IMG/VR virus record: IMGVR_UViG_3300010885_049703
Span: 50,260-114,259 of that record
Reading direction: 5' to 3' (one strand)
Origin: a virus
DNA: 64,000 bases
Shown: positions 55,221-64,000 of the stretch, one piece after another
How positions within the stretch are numbered: position 1 is the first letter of the stretch
Layout: each line of letters starts with the position of its first letter
The notes under the pieces: generated by a model
Seen by the model: only the letters and a program-made list of their open reading frames with translations
Told to the model about the DNA's origin: nothing
Databases searched by the model: none
Translations under genes and position numbers: made by a program

Positions 55221-57883
55221 GTAAATTCAAACAGGCTTTGAAATGTATTTTCTGTATTTGTTGCTATTCCCAATTCCCAATCAAGAACACCCAACAGGTT
55301 GTCAACTTTGGCGTCAATCACAGTTGACTCCATCTCACGATCATCAAACGGCAATTCTTTGAACCATGCAGGCAAGTGCAATTCGTCAGTGGGATAGCCA
55401 ATTGACGTCCATCCTAGTGCATTACTTCTGAGTTTACAAACAATTGTTTTCATGCCATCAACAACGGCAATGCTGTAATTATCACTGTGCATTCTGCGCA
55501 TAGTATTCCAGTTCATTGCTGCACGTACATGTCCGGGCATATTGGTCTTACCTTCTCTCTGCTCGGCCTTGACAAATTTAGTGAGATTGTTTACACGTTT
55601 GGGAGTACCTTTTTCCCAACCTGGACGTTCTTTGAACACATACTTAAACTCTTTGATCTTCTCTACAACTGCATCCTTTTCAGCACCAGTCAACACATCA
55701 TTTAGAATTTCCGACAAAAAGTCTTGAATTACTTTGGGAGTATCGCTACGTTTTAGATCCAATCCCATGGCTTTGACTTTACCAGGTTTGCCATTGATAT
55801 CTGTGCGTTTGTTTTCTTTGTCATAGTACAGCACTGCATAGCGTTTCTTTGTGATAAACAGCCCTTTACTACAAACCAGTTCACGACCACCACGTATCAC
55901 TGCACCCATGTCTCGGGGTATGTGAAATGCAGTTTCCATGAACCCCGGAAAGCTGTCATTGACTTGATCGGCAATACCATCGTATAGCTGTACACACACA
56001 TCTTTGTTCCACTCCGTGCGACCTTCTTCTACTTCTTTTTTCAGTACTGGCCAGGCTGAAAAGTAACATGAGTCAGTGTCACCATAGATAATTGTTTCGC
56101 CTGTGTGATCATACTTGCCTGTGAGACACTCGTTGACGTAAGCGTCCATATGCTTGGCCACGGCTCTTCCAGTAAGTGTGGTTGATTGACCAATTCGTTT
56201 ATCAAAAAACCTACAACCAGGGTTGAGAATAGCGCCATACAAACTATTAAGATTAATCTTTTTAACCAACTGCCTCTTGTCCCAGTATTCAAACTGTGCA
56301 TCATCTGTTCCTTCATAATCTCTTGCTTTTGTTTGCATATCCTTGCGTTCGGCATACCAACGTTTGAGCAAGCCTGGAACCACACCTTCTCGTTCGTAAG
56401 TAAAAATAGTGCCATTGGCCGACAATATCCAAGGTTGATTACTATCAAAAATTATTCTCCAAATTTCAGCAGCTGAGTACACAGTCTCTTCGCCATCTTC
56501 CCAATCAACTGTGATTTCAGTGCCACGTTGCTGTTCCATCACAGCAGTATATTCAAGACTACCAAATAACCCTTCCCACGCAGCAGCAAAACTTGCACCG
56601 CCTTGAATTTTATCTGCAATGTACCTGTCGGTCATTGTTGGTCGGAATTGACCAACAATTGTCTCAGTGGCCATGTTAAGAGCACGGATTGCTGAGGGGT
56701 AGAGCGAGTTAATGTCAATTGATCCGATCCAGTCGTGAAGACCTTTTTTTGGATAAGCAACATAGGCACCTGCGGCTTGTGTGTCTTCATCTGTGAGTCT
56801 TTCTCTACGGTTGGGCACTACCAATCCACGTTCGTGGGCTTCGTTGATAATTGCTTGTTCTGTCACTGCCACGGCACCCATTGTGGTCTGCAGCAACACA
56901 GTATTTTCATGTGCCAGAGTATTGGCAAGGTCCAAGAACTTTAGTTTCTTGTCTAGTTTGGCCAACAGCACAACGTCTTGTCTGTTGTAGTCAATGAATA
57001 GTTTAAAGTTTTGATTGTAGAGTTGATCAAGTGTTCCTTCAAATGCTGTCTTGCCCCCAACCTCTTCGTATTCACCAATGGCATCCAGGCTATAGCTGTG
57101 ACGTTCTTCATATGTGTACTTGCGATACAATTGCATATAGTCCATGTGTACGCGGCCTACGAGGTCGTATGTCTGTGCTTCGGCACCAAATCTTTCAAAC
57201 GTCCTTTGCTTAGGAAGTTGCCCCCACAAACAGAATTTGCGTGTATCATCTTTGCTGAGAACTCTAATCACACGATTTACAGTATAAGGAATATCATAGC
57301 CTTCTGAGTTCCATCCACTCAACACATCAGCGTCATCAATAAGATCCAAAAACATCTTCAGCATCTCTGATTCTGATTCAAACAAGAAAGTGTTGTCAAA
57401 GTCTGCAACAAGCTCTTCAGCAGTTTCCATGCTGATGTGACGCGGAGGTATGGCCAAGGTCACAAGTTGATCTAACCAGCTCAGATATACTGATATTGCT
57501 GTGATGGGATTGAATGGATCATCGGGTCTTGAATATCCTTTTTCCGGATCAAAGTCTACTTCGATGTCAAAGAATGCTGCATGTAAACGCGGTGCGTCAT
57601 GGCCTTTGTAGTTTTCTTCTAGACAACGGAACACAGGATTGATATCAGACTCATAGAATCTTTTGCCGTTTTGAATGCGCAGTTCCTTGCGAAACTCTTT
57701 GTTGCTGCGTGTGGAAAATCTAGACACCGGAGTGCCATAGATACTTTGGAACTTTCCACGAGGGTCATCGTAGTAAAAAATATAGTTGGCCGGATACTCC
57801 TGGTATTGTCGAATACCATCACGACGTTCTACTACGTGTATGCGATCGTGCTCACGATCAAATAAGGCATCAATATAACTCAT
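55217..57883 (-). CDS. Family B DNA polymerase (gp43-like)
   Basis: Exonuclease motifs DIE, GWNSEGYD, YNRQD; polymerase motifs DINSLYPS, KINLNSLYG, YGDTDS, KKRY. Confidence 0.97.
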   Translation of the reverse strand: MSYIDALFDREHDRIHVVERRDGIRQYQEYPANYIFYYDDPRGKFQSIYGTPVSRFSTRSNKEFRKELRIQNGKRFYESDINPVFRCLEENYKGHDAPRLHAAFFDIEVDFDPEKGYSRPDDPFNPITAISVYLSWLDQLVTLAIPPRHISMETAEELVADFDNTFLFESESEMLKMFLDLIDDADVLSGWNSEGYDIPYTVNRVIRVLSKDDTRKFCLWGQLPKQRTFERFGAEAQTYDLVGRVHMDYMQLYRKYTYEERHSYSLDAIGEYEEVGGKTAFEGTLDQLYNQNFKLFIDYNRQDVVLLAKLDKKLKFLDLANTLAHENTVLLQTTMGAVAVTEQAIINEAHERGLVVPNRRERLTDEDTQAAGAYVAYPKKGLHDWIGSIDINSLYPSAIRALNMATETIVGQFRPTMTDRYIADKIQGGASFAAAWEGLFGSLEYTAVMEQQRGTEITVDWEDGEETVYSAAEIWRIIFDSNQPWILSANGTIFTYEREGVVPGLLKRWYAERKDMQTKARDYEGTDDAQFEYWDKRQLVKKINLNSLYGAILNPGCRFFDKRIGQSTTLTGRAVAKHMDAYVNECLTGKYDHTGETIIYGDTDSCYFSAWPVLKKEVEEGRTEWNKDVCVQLYDGIADQVNDSFPGFMETAFHIPRDMGAVIRGGRELVCSKGLFITKKRYAVLYYDKENKRTDINGKPGKVKAMGLDLKRSDTPKVIQDFLSEILNDVLTGAEKDAVVEKIKEFKYVFKERPGWEKGTPKRVNNLTKFVKAEQREGKTNMPGHVRAAMNWNTMRRMHSDNYSIAVVDGMKTIVCKLRSNALGWTSIGYPTDELHLPAWFKELPFDDREMESTVIDAKVDNLLGVLDWELGIATNTENTFQSLFEFT

Positions 57884-57889
57884 GTTGTT

Positions 57890-57918
57890 ATTATATAAAA
57901 AAAGAATGTAATTGTCAA
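57890..57918 (-). promoter_or_regulatory. Consensus sigma70 promoter giving a probably leaderless polymerase mRNA
   Basis: TTGACA-N17-TATAAT-N6-ATG; no SD. Confidence 0.75.
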
Positions 57919-57931
57919 CGGTTTAATACTA

Positions 57932-59737
57932 TTATTGTTTCTGATTCAGTACATATTCGGCATTGTTTAACGATGATTCTATTTTGAGATCCCAGGTCAG
58001 ACTCCAATTGCGCATGATCTGTTGATTGTGATAAGCAATGTCTGTCCAACTCTGTGGTACATCATAGACTGTATTATTGGCAAAGTTCTTTAACTGATCC
58101 ACGATGAGAGTCTGACGCACAGCCCAATTTTCTTCACTGTCATAACTGTGATCTACTATGTCGTCAATTATTTTAAATCCAATACTTTTTAAATAGTGAA
58201 TAATGCCTTTGGGTCCATACAGCAAAAAGGGTCTTGGGAGTTGTAGTGCTCTAAAAGTTTTTTCACTTAATGCAATTGCTCGATTGTCATCAAAGTATGT
58301 TTCTATTACCAAAGATATCACAGATTTGGATACTATATTTTCAATATCACTGGTTTGTTCAAAGTTACAAAAAGGAACTATTGATCTAGTTCCCTCATAC
58401 TGGCGTTGAAATATTGTGTTGTAGTTAAAATGCAGTTGATCAAACAAATCTAGTTTGTCTTTGTAAGTTTGGCTTGGAGAGTTTTGATAATCAATATTAA
58501 AACTCACAAATCCTTTGTCTAGTCCAATATCGTATAACTTATAAAACCAGCTCTGGCGATTTGGGCAAATGCGATTAATAAAACAGTTATATGCACGCTC
58601 AGGCGGGGGCAAGGTTGGCAAATCAAAAGGCATGTAATGTATGCCATAGTACTCTGGGGCAATACTCAAAACGGTCTGATTAGATTTGGCAGGAACTGTA
58701 ATTTTATTGTCAGTTACCAAAACCATTTGATTGGTGCTTTCAAAGAATTCATCCAACTGCCAGGAGCAAACTTGATCTCCCACTGCACCTATATAATTAG
58801 GATGTTTGATTTTTCCAGCTATGTACGCTTTGGTCTTTTGCATTGTTCTGCTGTAATTATAACTTAGGCCAGCCCGAATAGTGTTATTTAAACTAGGCTC
58901 ATGCAAACTTTGATAGTGGTGAATAATCTTTAAAAGCAAAGAAGATGGCAACGGTATAATATCTAACTGTGTGCAAAGCCTGTGAAAATCTTCTACAAAT
59001 CTGTTCTTATTAAGATAAGATGAGAGATTAAAAAATAAATTCTCAACTCTGACATTACTTGGATGACTTGTAATTGCAGTCTTGTTGGTAAAAATTTTTC
59101 CAATGGGATCACCAACTAGATATTTTTTTGCAAATCCGTGCCAGGAACCGTGAAATACTGTTTCATTGTTAAACTTTGAAGCCAGCACTGCTCGCTTAGG
59201 GGAACAAAAATCTTTGTGTTCTTGTTTGATTATATAAGAGTTGTTGTTTTTGACAAATTGTTTTTTGTACCTTGCTTGATAGAACCATTTTTTACTTTCT
59301 TTGGTATCTATTAGAATGTTAACAACATTAGACATATCCCAAATCCAGGCTGGGACTTGAGGTTTGTTAAGTATCAAAGCAATCTGTCCACGGTTTTGAA
59401 AATCATGTTGATACTTTGAATCATTTGCCAGCAACTGTTGTGCCTGGTCAAATGTAATATCATCGCCTCGTGAAAATCGATTACTTACAAAATCAGTTTG
59501 ATATGGAACCTCAGGCTCAATCTTTAGCCAGTCGTTAAAGTTTGTTGTAAATTTTGAAATTATATAATTAAAAATTTTATCATAGTCTTTTTGCTGTTTG
59601 GCTGCTACAAGCTCGTCGTCCCAGGCATGAACTGAATCGCTACATTGAAACAATATAGAAAGAAACTTACCACCACTGCCGGGGGCAAATCTAATAACCA
59701 AAAACTTCTTGTTTTGATTTGTGTCTTGATTGATCAT
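57932..59737 (-). CDS. Two-domain protein: N-terminal PGSGGKFL domain plus C-terminal 'TEK' GT-like domain
   Basis: IETY...LSEKTFRAL...PFLLYG...YLKSIGF...DHSYD. Confidence 0.6.
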   Translation of the reverse strand: MINQDTNQNKKFLVIRFAPGSGGKFLSILFQCSDSVHAWDDELVAAKQQKDYDKIFNYIISKFTTNFNDWLKIEPEVPYQTDFVSNRFSRGDDITFDQAQQLLANDSKYQHDFQNRGQIALILNKPQVPAWIWDMSNVVNILIDTKESKKWFYQARYKKQFVKNNNSYIIKQEHKDFCSPKRAVLASKFNNETVFHGSWHGFAKKYLVGDPIGKIFTNKTAITSHPSNVRVENLFFNLSSYLNKNRFVEDFHRLCTQLDIIPLPSSLLLKIIHHYQSLHEPSLNNTIRAGLSYNYSRTMQKTKAYIAGKIKHPNYIGAVGDQVCSWQLDEFFESTNQMVLVTDNKITVPAKSNQTVLSIAPEYYGIHYMPFDLPTLPPPERAYNCFINRICPNRQSWFYKLYDIGLDKGFVSFNIDYQNSPSQTYKDKLDLFDQLHFNYNTIFQRQYEGTRSIVPFCNFEQTSDIENIVSKSVISLVIETYFDDNRAIALSEKTFRALQLPRPFLLYGPKGIIHYLKSIGFKIIDDIVDHSYDSEENWAVRQTLIVDQLKNFANNTVYDVPQSWTDIAYHNQQIMRNWSLTWDLKIESSLNNAEYVLNQKQ

Positions 59738-59750
59738 TATATTCCTCGCG

Positions 59751-60815
59751 TTACAATCCGCCAAACAACAATACATCTAACTGATTTTTGACTTGATTAA
59801 GTTGTGCTTGTGCCTCGGCGTTCTGTGGATGTTGATGATCAAACACATCTAATTTAGCAAAGTCATCATCACTAAATGTACCCCAGTTGTGTAATCTCGC
59901 GTATTCAACGCAGTTAGCGCCGAACTGATGAGCCATGTCATGAAATTCTACAATTTCTTTGTAATTATCAAACTGCGCAATCATTCGCAAATGTAATCTG
60001 ATATCTTGCTTGTCACATTGATCTTGCGTCCAAGCAAGGGTATGTTGCATGTCTCGCCATGTTCCTCCTCTGCGTAACTTTTCATAGGTATTGGCTCTAG
60101 CAGCATCAACGGTGATGGTAATTTTTTCCACATGATTAATCATGTCTCCCAATCGATGCCAGCGTTGTGGCATCAAAAGACCATTGGTTTGAATGCAAAT
60201 TTTCAAGTTTGGAAAATCGTTGCTGTTGATACTGTTGACAAATCTCAGCAACATGGGACTGGCAAACAATTCACCGCTGGTACTGAGATGCAGTCTGATT
60301 GTTTGATCTGTGGGAGAAGTAAATAGATTTTGTTTTAATCTCTCACCTAGTTCTTCTTGACGTTCACGCTCATCTTCTGTGGTAAGATGCACTTCGGTGC
60401 GACAACTTGGGCAACTGAGATTGCAAGTGACATCACCAGCAAAAAATATTTCATGTGGCATTGTCCAACGTTGAATGTCTTCTAATTGCCATTGCACTGA
60501 CGGTGGGAGATTATTGGCATCATTAAATCTATTGTTGCGAATAATACCGCAGGTGTCGGCGTTGCAGTAGATATAACTGCCATCGGCAATACTGCGTCTG
60601 ATATCTTGTGCTAGTGTAGAACTCAAAAGTTCACTGATAGAATTGTCAAACAAATTACCCACAGTGATTGGCATCCAAGCAGCGCACCCGCAGAGTCTGA
60701 CTTGTCCGGTATAACTTACTTCTATTGCTACAAAGGGACTAAGACAGATTTTTCCTGCCAACTGCTTGGGCGGAAATTTTTGTCTTTGCAAATGCAGTAT
60801 TACCGGTCGCGTCAA
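59751..60815 (-). CDS. Radical SAM protein with N-terminal SPASM-like domain
   Basis: C..PF ... G.V..C; CNLSCPSCR; GELFAS; TNG. Confidence 0.87.
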   Translation of the reverse strand: MTRPVILHLQRQKFPPKQLAGKICLSPFVAIEVSYTGQVRLCGCAAWMPITVGNLFDNSISELLSSTLAQDIRRSIADGSYIYCNADTCGIIRNNRFNDANNLPPSVQWQLEDIQRWTMPHEIFFAGDVTCNLSCPSCRTEVHLTTEDERERQEELGERLKQNLFTSPTDQTIRLHLSTSGELFASPMLLRFVNSINSNDFPNLKICIQTNGLLMPQRWHRLGDMINHVEKITITVDAARANTYEKLRRGGTWRDMQHTLAWTQDQCDKQDIRLHLRMIAQFDNYKEIVEFHDMAHQFGANCVEYARLHNWGTFSDDDFAKLDVFDHQHPQNAEAQAQLNQVKNQLDVLLFGGL

Positions 60816-61072
60816 AGAGTTTTACCTACTGTGGTCAAGATATCTTCCAGCAGGGCATGATCCTGCTGAGCTTTACCAAATTCAGCTTTGTGTGCTACTC
60901 TGATGGCTTTTTTGAGCACTGATGGTTTGATTTCCAGTTCTTCGGCAATGGCTTTGATGGTGTCACTGAGTCCACCACTGAGGGTTTCGACTTCGTGCAT
61001 GACCTGCATACCTTCGTTGATAAGTTGAGTTAGTTTGGCTTTTTGTTCTGAGTTGAAGTTTTTGATCGACAT
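60812..61072 (-). CDS. Double-stranded DNA binding protein (T4 DsbA-like)
   Basis: LTQLINEG...IAEELEIKP..LKKAI..AHK; SD AGGAG. Confidence 0.6.
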   Translation of the reverse strand: MSIKNFNSEQKAKLTQLINEGMQVMHEVETLSGGLSDTIKAIAEELEIKPSVLKKAIRVAHKAEFGKAQQDHALLEDILTTVGKTL

Positions 61073-61091
61073 GTTGTTCTCCTGTAATACG

Positions 61092-61868
61092 TTATTGTAA
61101 CACACTTTTTAGCAAAGTCAATATTCTGCTGACCCAGTGGTCAGCACACCATTCTGAATGATGCATGTTGTCTGCAGCAGCACTATCAAAATGCCAAGTT
61201 AATCCAGGTTGCTTATAATCTAAATGTAGATCTATGTCATGTGCTTTAAGAATGTCTAGGCCAAAATCAAGAGATTCTGGAGTTTCAAAACACAAATGAA
61301 GGATTGGAATATTTTTATATCGGCACATACGATCCAGATCCACAATGCTTTTGATCCAAGGTAAGAAAAAATATTCTTCTCCATGTCTGATTTTAAGTCG
61401 ATATAATTCGTCAGCACATTGATTCAAAACAAATAGGGCTTTGTTGTTTTCCCAATGTAGTTGTCTGAATGGGTTTGGCCATTGCACTACTATTGCATTG
61501 GGATGGTGAAAGTCGCTGTTAATCCAATTGATAATATTTTGTCCTACAAATTCAGCATTAGCCCCACCTTTTGCTAAGTTGATTACGGTAGTTTGAGATT
61601 GTTTTTCTAATTTGTTTGCCCAGGTTTGAGTTAAATGTAATCCGTGTCCTTCGGTTAGACTACACCCAGCAACTAATATATATGAACTTGGCATATTATC
61701 AAGTTCGTGTGTCCGATAACCATAGGCATTGTATTTGAATTCTATGGTTTCCGTTGAAAATTTAGTGCTAGTGGTAGTGTTTCTAAGTTGTAAAAACGGC
61801 ACTGCTGGGCGGGTAAAAAAATCATGAATAGTAAACAATTGTTCACCGGTGGATGGTTGACTATCCAT
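61092..61868 (-). CDS. SGNH-hydrolase-like phage protein
   Basis: YKYN.YGYR-like motif, GCSLTEG, NLA.GG, D..H. Confidence 0.65.
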   Translation of the reverse strand: MDSQPSTGEQLFTIHDFFTRPAVPFLQLRNTTTSTKFSTETIEFKYNAYGYRTHELDNMPSSYILVAGCSLTEGHGLHLTQTWANKLEKQSQTTVINLAKGGANAEFVGQNIINWINSDFHHPNAIVVQWPNPFRQLHWENNKALFVLNQCADELYRLKIRHGEEYFFLPWIKSIVDLDRMCRYKNIPILHLCFETPESLDFGLDILKAHDIDLHLDYKQPGLTWHFDSAAADNMHHSEWCADHWVSRILTLLKSVLQ

Positions 61869-61888
61869 TTAATATCTCCAAAAAAACA

Positions 61889-61917
61889 ATTATATATTAA
61901 ACTAACAACAGTGTCAA
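61889..61917 (-). promoter_or_regulatory. Consensus sigma70 promoter
   Basis: TTGACA-N17-TATAAT. Confidence 0.8.
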
Positions 61918-62138
61918 CGGCGATATCGTCGAACGTGATGAAAAATGCGTGGGGATTTGTTGTTACGAGTGCCTGGATCGCCCCCTACGTTAACGCGAAG
62001 ATTGGGACTAATATTCTTAGTAAAAGCGTTGATATAAAGTGCCATTCCACCATTGGTGGTGCGGATTAAACACAGTCCTTCGTTGTTGGTGACCATGTAT
62101 ATGGGCAGTCCATCTTCGTCATTAGTGACATACAGCAT
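61914..62138 (-). CDS. Hypothetical protein
   Basis: Likely start MLYVTNDEDG. Confidence 0.45.
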   Translation of the reverse strand: MLYVTNDEDGLPIYMVTNNEGLCLIRTTNGGMALYINAFTKNISPNLRVNVGGDPGTRNNKSPRIFHHVRRYRR

Positions 62139-62155
62139 TTTTATTATTATTATAA

Positions 62156-62236
62156 TGCTCACTTTGTACTACAGGGTAGCGATCTGTAGCGTCGGGCAGC
62201 AGCCGCCCAACCGTACCTCAGCGGTCCTAAGGTGGT
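62156..62236 (-). ncRNA. Candidate three-hairpin structured RNA starting at a stop codon
   Basis: ACCG/CGGU, GGGCGG/CUGCCC and GCUACAG/CUGUAGU stems; loop UCGCU can pair with AGUGA. Confidence 0.5.
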
Positions 62237-62382
62237 GTCTGGTTCTCTCGTGCGGCTGCTACCAATTCATCTAACTTGTGTCGCGCTTCGTTCCAGTTAC
62301 TGGCCTGAATATTAAACGTCTCAGATACTGGATTACCGTCGGGATCAACGCCAATCATGGCTTCTAATGTGTAGGTAATCAT
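62227..62382 (-). CDS. Small hypothetical protein
   Basis: MITYTLEAMIG...; ATGA-coupled. Confidence 0.55.
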   Translation of the reverse strand: MITYTLEAMIGVDPDGNPVSETFNIQASNWNEARHKLDELVAAARENQTPP

Positions 62383-64000
62383 TTGGGCACACAGTTGTTG
62401 ACTCTGACACCGCCCTTGACTTTGGTCTTGGGGTTGCCAATCTTCTTGCCTGTCCAGCATCGGGGATCCAAGCGAACTTTTTCTTCTTTGACCGCAGAGT
62501 CATCACCATATGCTGCGGGATTCTCTTTTTCAAACTTTTCACGTTCGGCTTTTTGTTTGGCGATCAGGTCAGTGAGACGTTTAGCCGCTGCATCAGGATC
62601 AAAGCCAGCACGTTTCAAGCCTTGGTTGAACTTTTCACGTGAGGTTCTTGTTGGCGTTTCAGCAATGTCTTTGACGGGCTGATACTTGGCCATGATAGAG
62701 TTGATGATAGCCTTTTTATGTTCAGGAGCAGCGTCGCTTTGCGCTACCTTCTTAAGCAATTCAATAACCTCTGGCGGCAATTGTCGTAAATTTTCATTCA
62801 TGTCCAGGCGTTGTTTGGCTTTGGCCAGCCCAGCTGCGCCAGTGGGGCTCTTGCTGCGTTCATGCTCAAGATCTCGGGTGGACACTTTCCAATCACCACC
62901 TTGGGCTTTGCGTTGCACTGCAGGAATTTTGCTCTTGTCAACTGTGTCTTTGTATTCGCCTTCGTCTACTTCTCTACGATAGTTTGCGTCATAGTCGTCA
63001 ATCCCCCTTGGTGCTGCTCTTGGTATGCTATGAGGTCTTCCAAAATCTCTATTACCCGGAGTGGTATGACCTGTGCCACCACCGCCTGGGCGTGCTCCTG
63101 GCATACCTTTTGCGATTTTCCGTCCTGGCATTCCATATGACCCGCGCTTAATACCAGCACCACCACTTGGTTTTGGTGCTTGTTTGGCTTTTATATAAGC
63201 ATCCAATTCGTCAAAGCCTTCTGCTACGCCTTTCTTTCTGATGCTGAGTTTATCAGCAGGATTACCACCACCAAACATACCACCAAAAGCATCACGTGCC
63301 TGTTGTTTGGTATCTGTTTTTTGTTGTTTGGCTACTTGTCTTTTACCGGTGATACCTTTAAGCATCTTGTCAAACTTTGGATCGCCGGTTGTTTCTGTCA
63401 CACCTTGCCCGGCCTCATCTGTTTTCTGTTTAGGATATCCGTGTTTAATATCTAGGGTATATCCTGATATACCTTGCTTGTCTAAAACAGCAGAAATAAA
63501 TTGTTCAGCTTCTTTGGCATTAGAAAATTTATCTCCTAGATTGTATTTCCTGACTTCACCGTCAATCTGTACATAGGCAATTGTTATAGGCTTAACTGGT
63601 TCTTGTGCTGCAGCAGGACTTCCTAAGAGATTAGCAGCAGCAAGAGCCGCACCTGCTATTTTACCTTTCAAGCCTTCATCTACATCTTGCTCGGGTAATT
63701 GACCTTCGGGGCCTGTCTTACGATATGGACTAGATGCTTTCATAGTATCCATGCGACTCTTATTCAAGGTACCTTTCCGGCCTGCACGATCAGTTTTATA
63801 TAGATCATCTGGACCTGCAACAGTTCTTCCACCAAGTTTATCAAAATCTCGTGCTTTGCCGGTGTTTGGTCTAACCTGTACTGTGATATTCTTCAACACA
63901 TTCATGGCACCACCAATGGAATTGAAAGCATCAGTTACATCACCGCCGTGATAACCATCTCGGTCTTCAAACTCTATTTGTATGCGACCAGTTTTCTCAA
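62379..64000 (-). CDS. Partial low-complexity modular protein, probably a head-internal virion protein
   Basis: Frame stays open to the window end; modules bounded by V.E motifs (GVAEG, DVDEG, VTET, VKEE); C-terminal CW.G...K.K.G..VNNCVP. Confidence 0.6.
   Translation of the reverse strand, partial: EKTGRIQIEFEDRDGYHGGDVTDAFNSIGGAMNVLKNITVQVRPNTGKARDFDKLGGRTVAGPDDLYKTDRAGRKGTLNKSRMDTMKASSPYRKTGPEGQLPEQDVDEGLKGKIAGAALAAANLLGSPAAAQEPVKPITIAYVQIDGEVRKYNLGDKFSNAKEAEQFISAVLDKQGISGYTLDIKHGYPKQKTDEAGQGVTETTGDPKFDKMLKGITGKRQVAKQQKTDTKQQARDAFGGMFGGGNPADKLSIRKKGVAEGFDELDAYIKAKQAPKPSGGAGIKRGSYGMPGRKIAKGMPGARPGGGGTGHTTPGNRDFGRPHSIPRAAPRGIDDYDANYRREVDEGEYKDTVDKSKIPAVQRKAQGGDWKVSTRDLEHERSKSPTGAAGLAKAKQRLDMNENLRQLPPEVIELLKKVAQSDAAPEHKKAIINSIMAKYQPVKDIAETPTRTSREKFNQGLKRAGFDPDAAAKRLTDLIAKQKAEREKFEKENPAAYGDDSAVKEEKVRLDPRCWTGKKIGNPKTKVKGGVRVNNCVPK

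Noticed and set aside
62139-62232. T4 gene 60-style translational bypass from CCU-UAG
   Set aside because: The downstream matching CCU is not in frame with the next ORF, and that frame soon stops.
1284-63951. Numerous 60-135 aa antisense or nested ORFs in the track
   Set aside because: They lie within well-supported genes, with no motifs or initiation signals.
1-64000. CRISPR array, integrase/transposase, intron/intein, or stop-codon reassignment
   Set aside because: No repeat-spacer array or mobility gene was seen. The polymerase and other core genes are uninterrupted, and TAA, TGA and TAG all end genes under code 11.

Overview
This window is an internal segment of a large, T4-like (jumbo-type) lytic dsDNA phage genome. 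It is densely coded, almost entirely on the minus strand, and uses the standard genetic code. The host is probably a proteobacterium, likely Betaproteobacteria (inferred from PstS, OprO/P porin, DnaK, RpoZ and the tmRNA tag). Replication and nucleotide genes include a family-B DNA polymerase, sliding clamp, T4-type RNase H, a DsbA-like protein, ThyX, and MazG-like and HIT hydrolases. A 7-deazaguanine module (folE, queD, queE, a DpdL-like T-fold protein, a TGT-fold DpdA-like enzyme; no queC in the window) is interleaved with glycosyltransferases, a methyltransferase, a B12 radical SAM enzyme and Fe/2OG enzymes, one of which has a halogenase-type HxG iron site. A Pho-box-controlled phosphate-stress module (plcP, agt, pstS, porin) and host-like genes (ahcY, rpoZ, rubrerythrin, dnaK, PBP7-like peptidase) are also present. 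RNA genes comprise six tRNAs and a circularly permuted two-piece tmRNA. Candidate structured RNAs include a variant preQ1-I-like riboswitch before queD, an SD-pairing pseudoknot before folE, a ROSE-like thermometer before dnaK, and three unassigned RNAs in the tRNA cluster. Both sigma70-type promoters and T4-late-type TAAATA elements occur, several positioned to give leaderless mRNAs. All calls come from motif reading by eye; no database searches were run.
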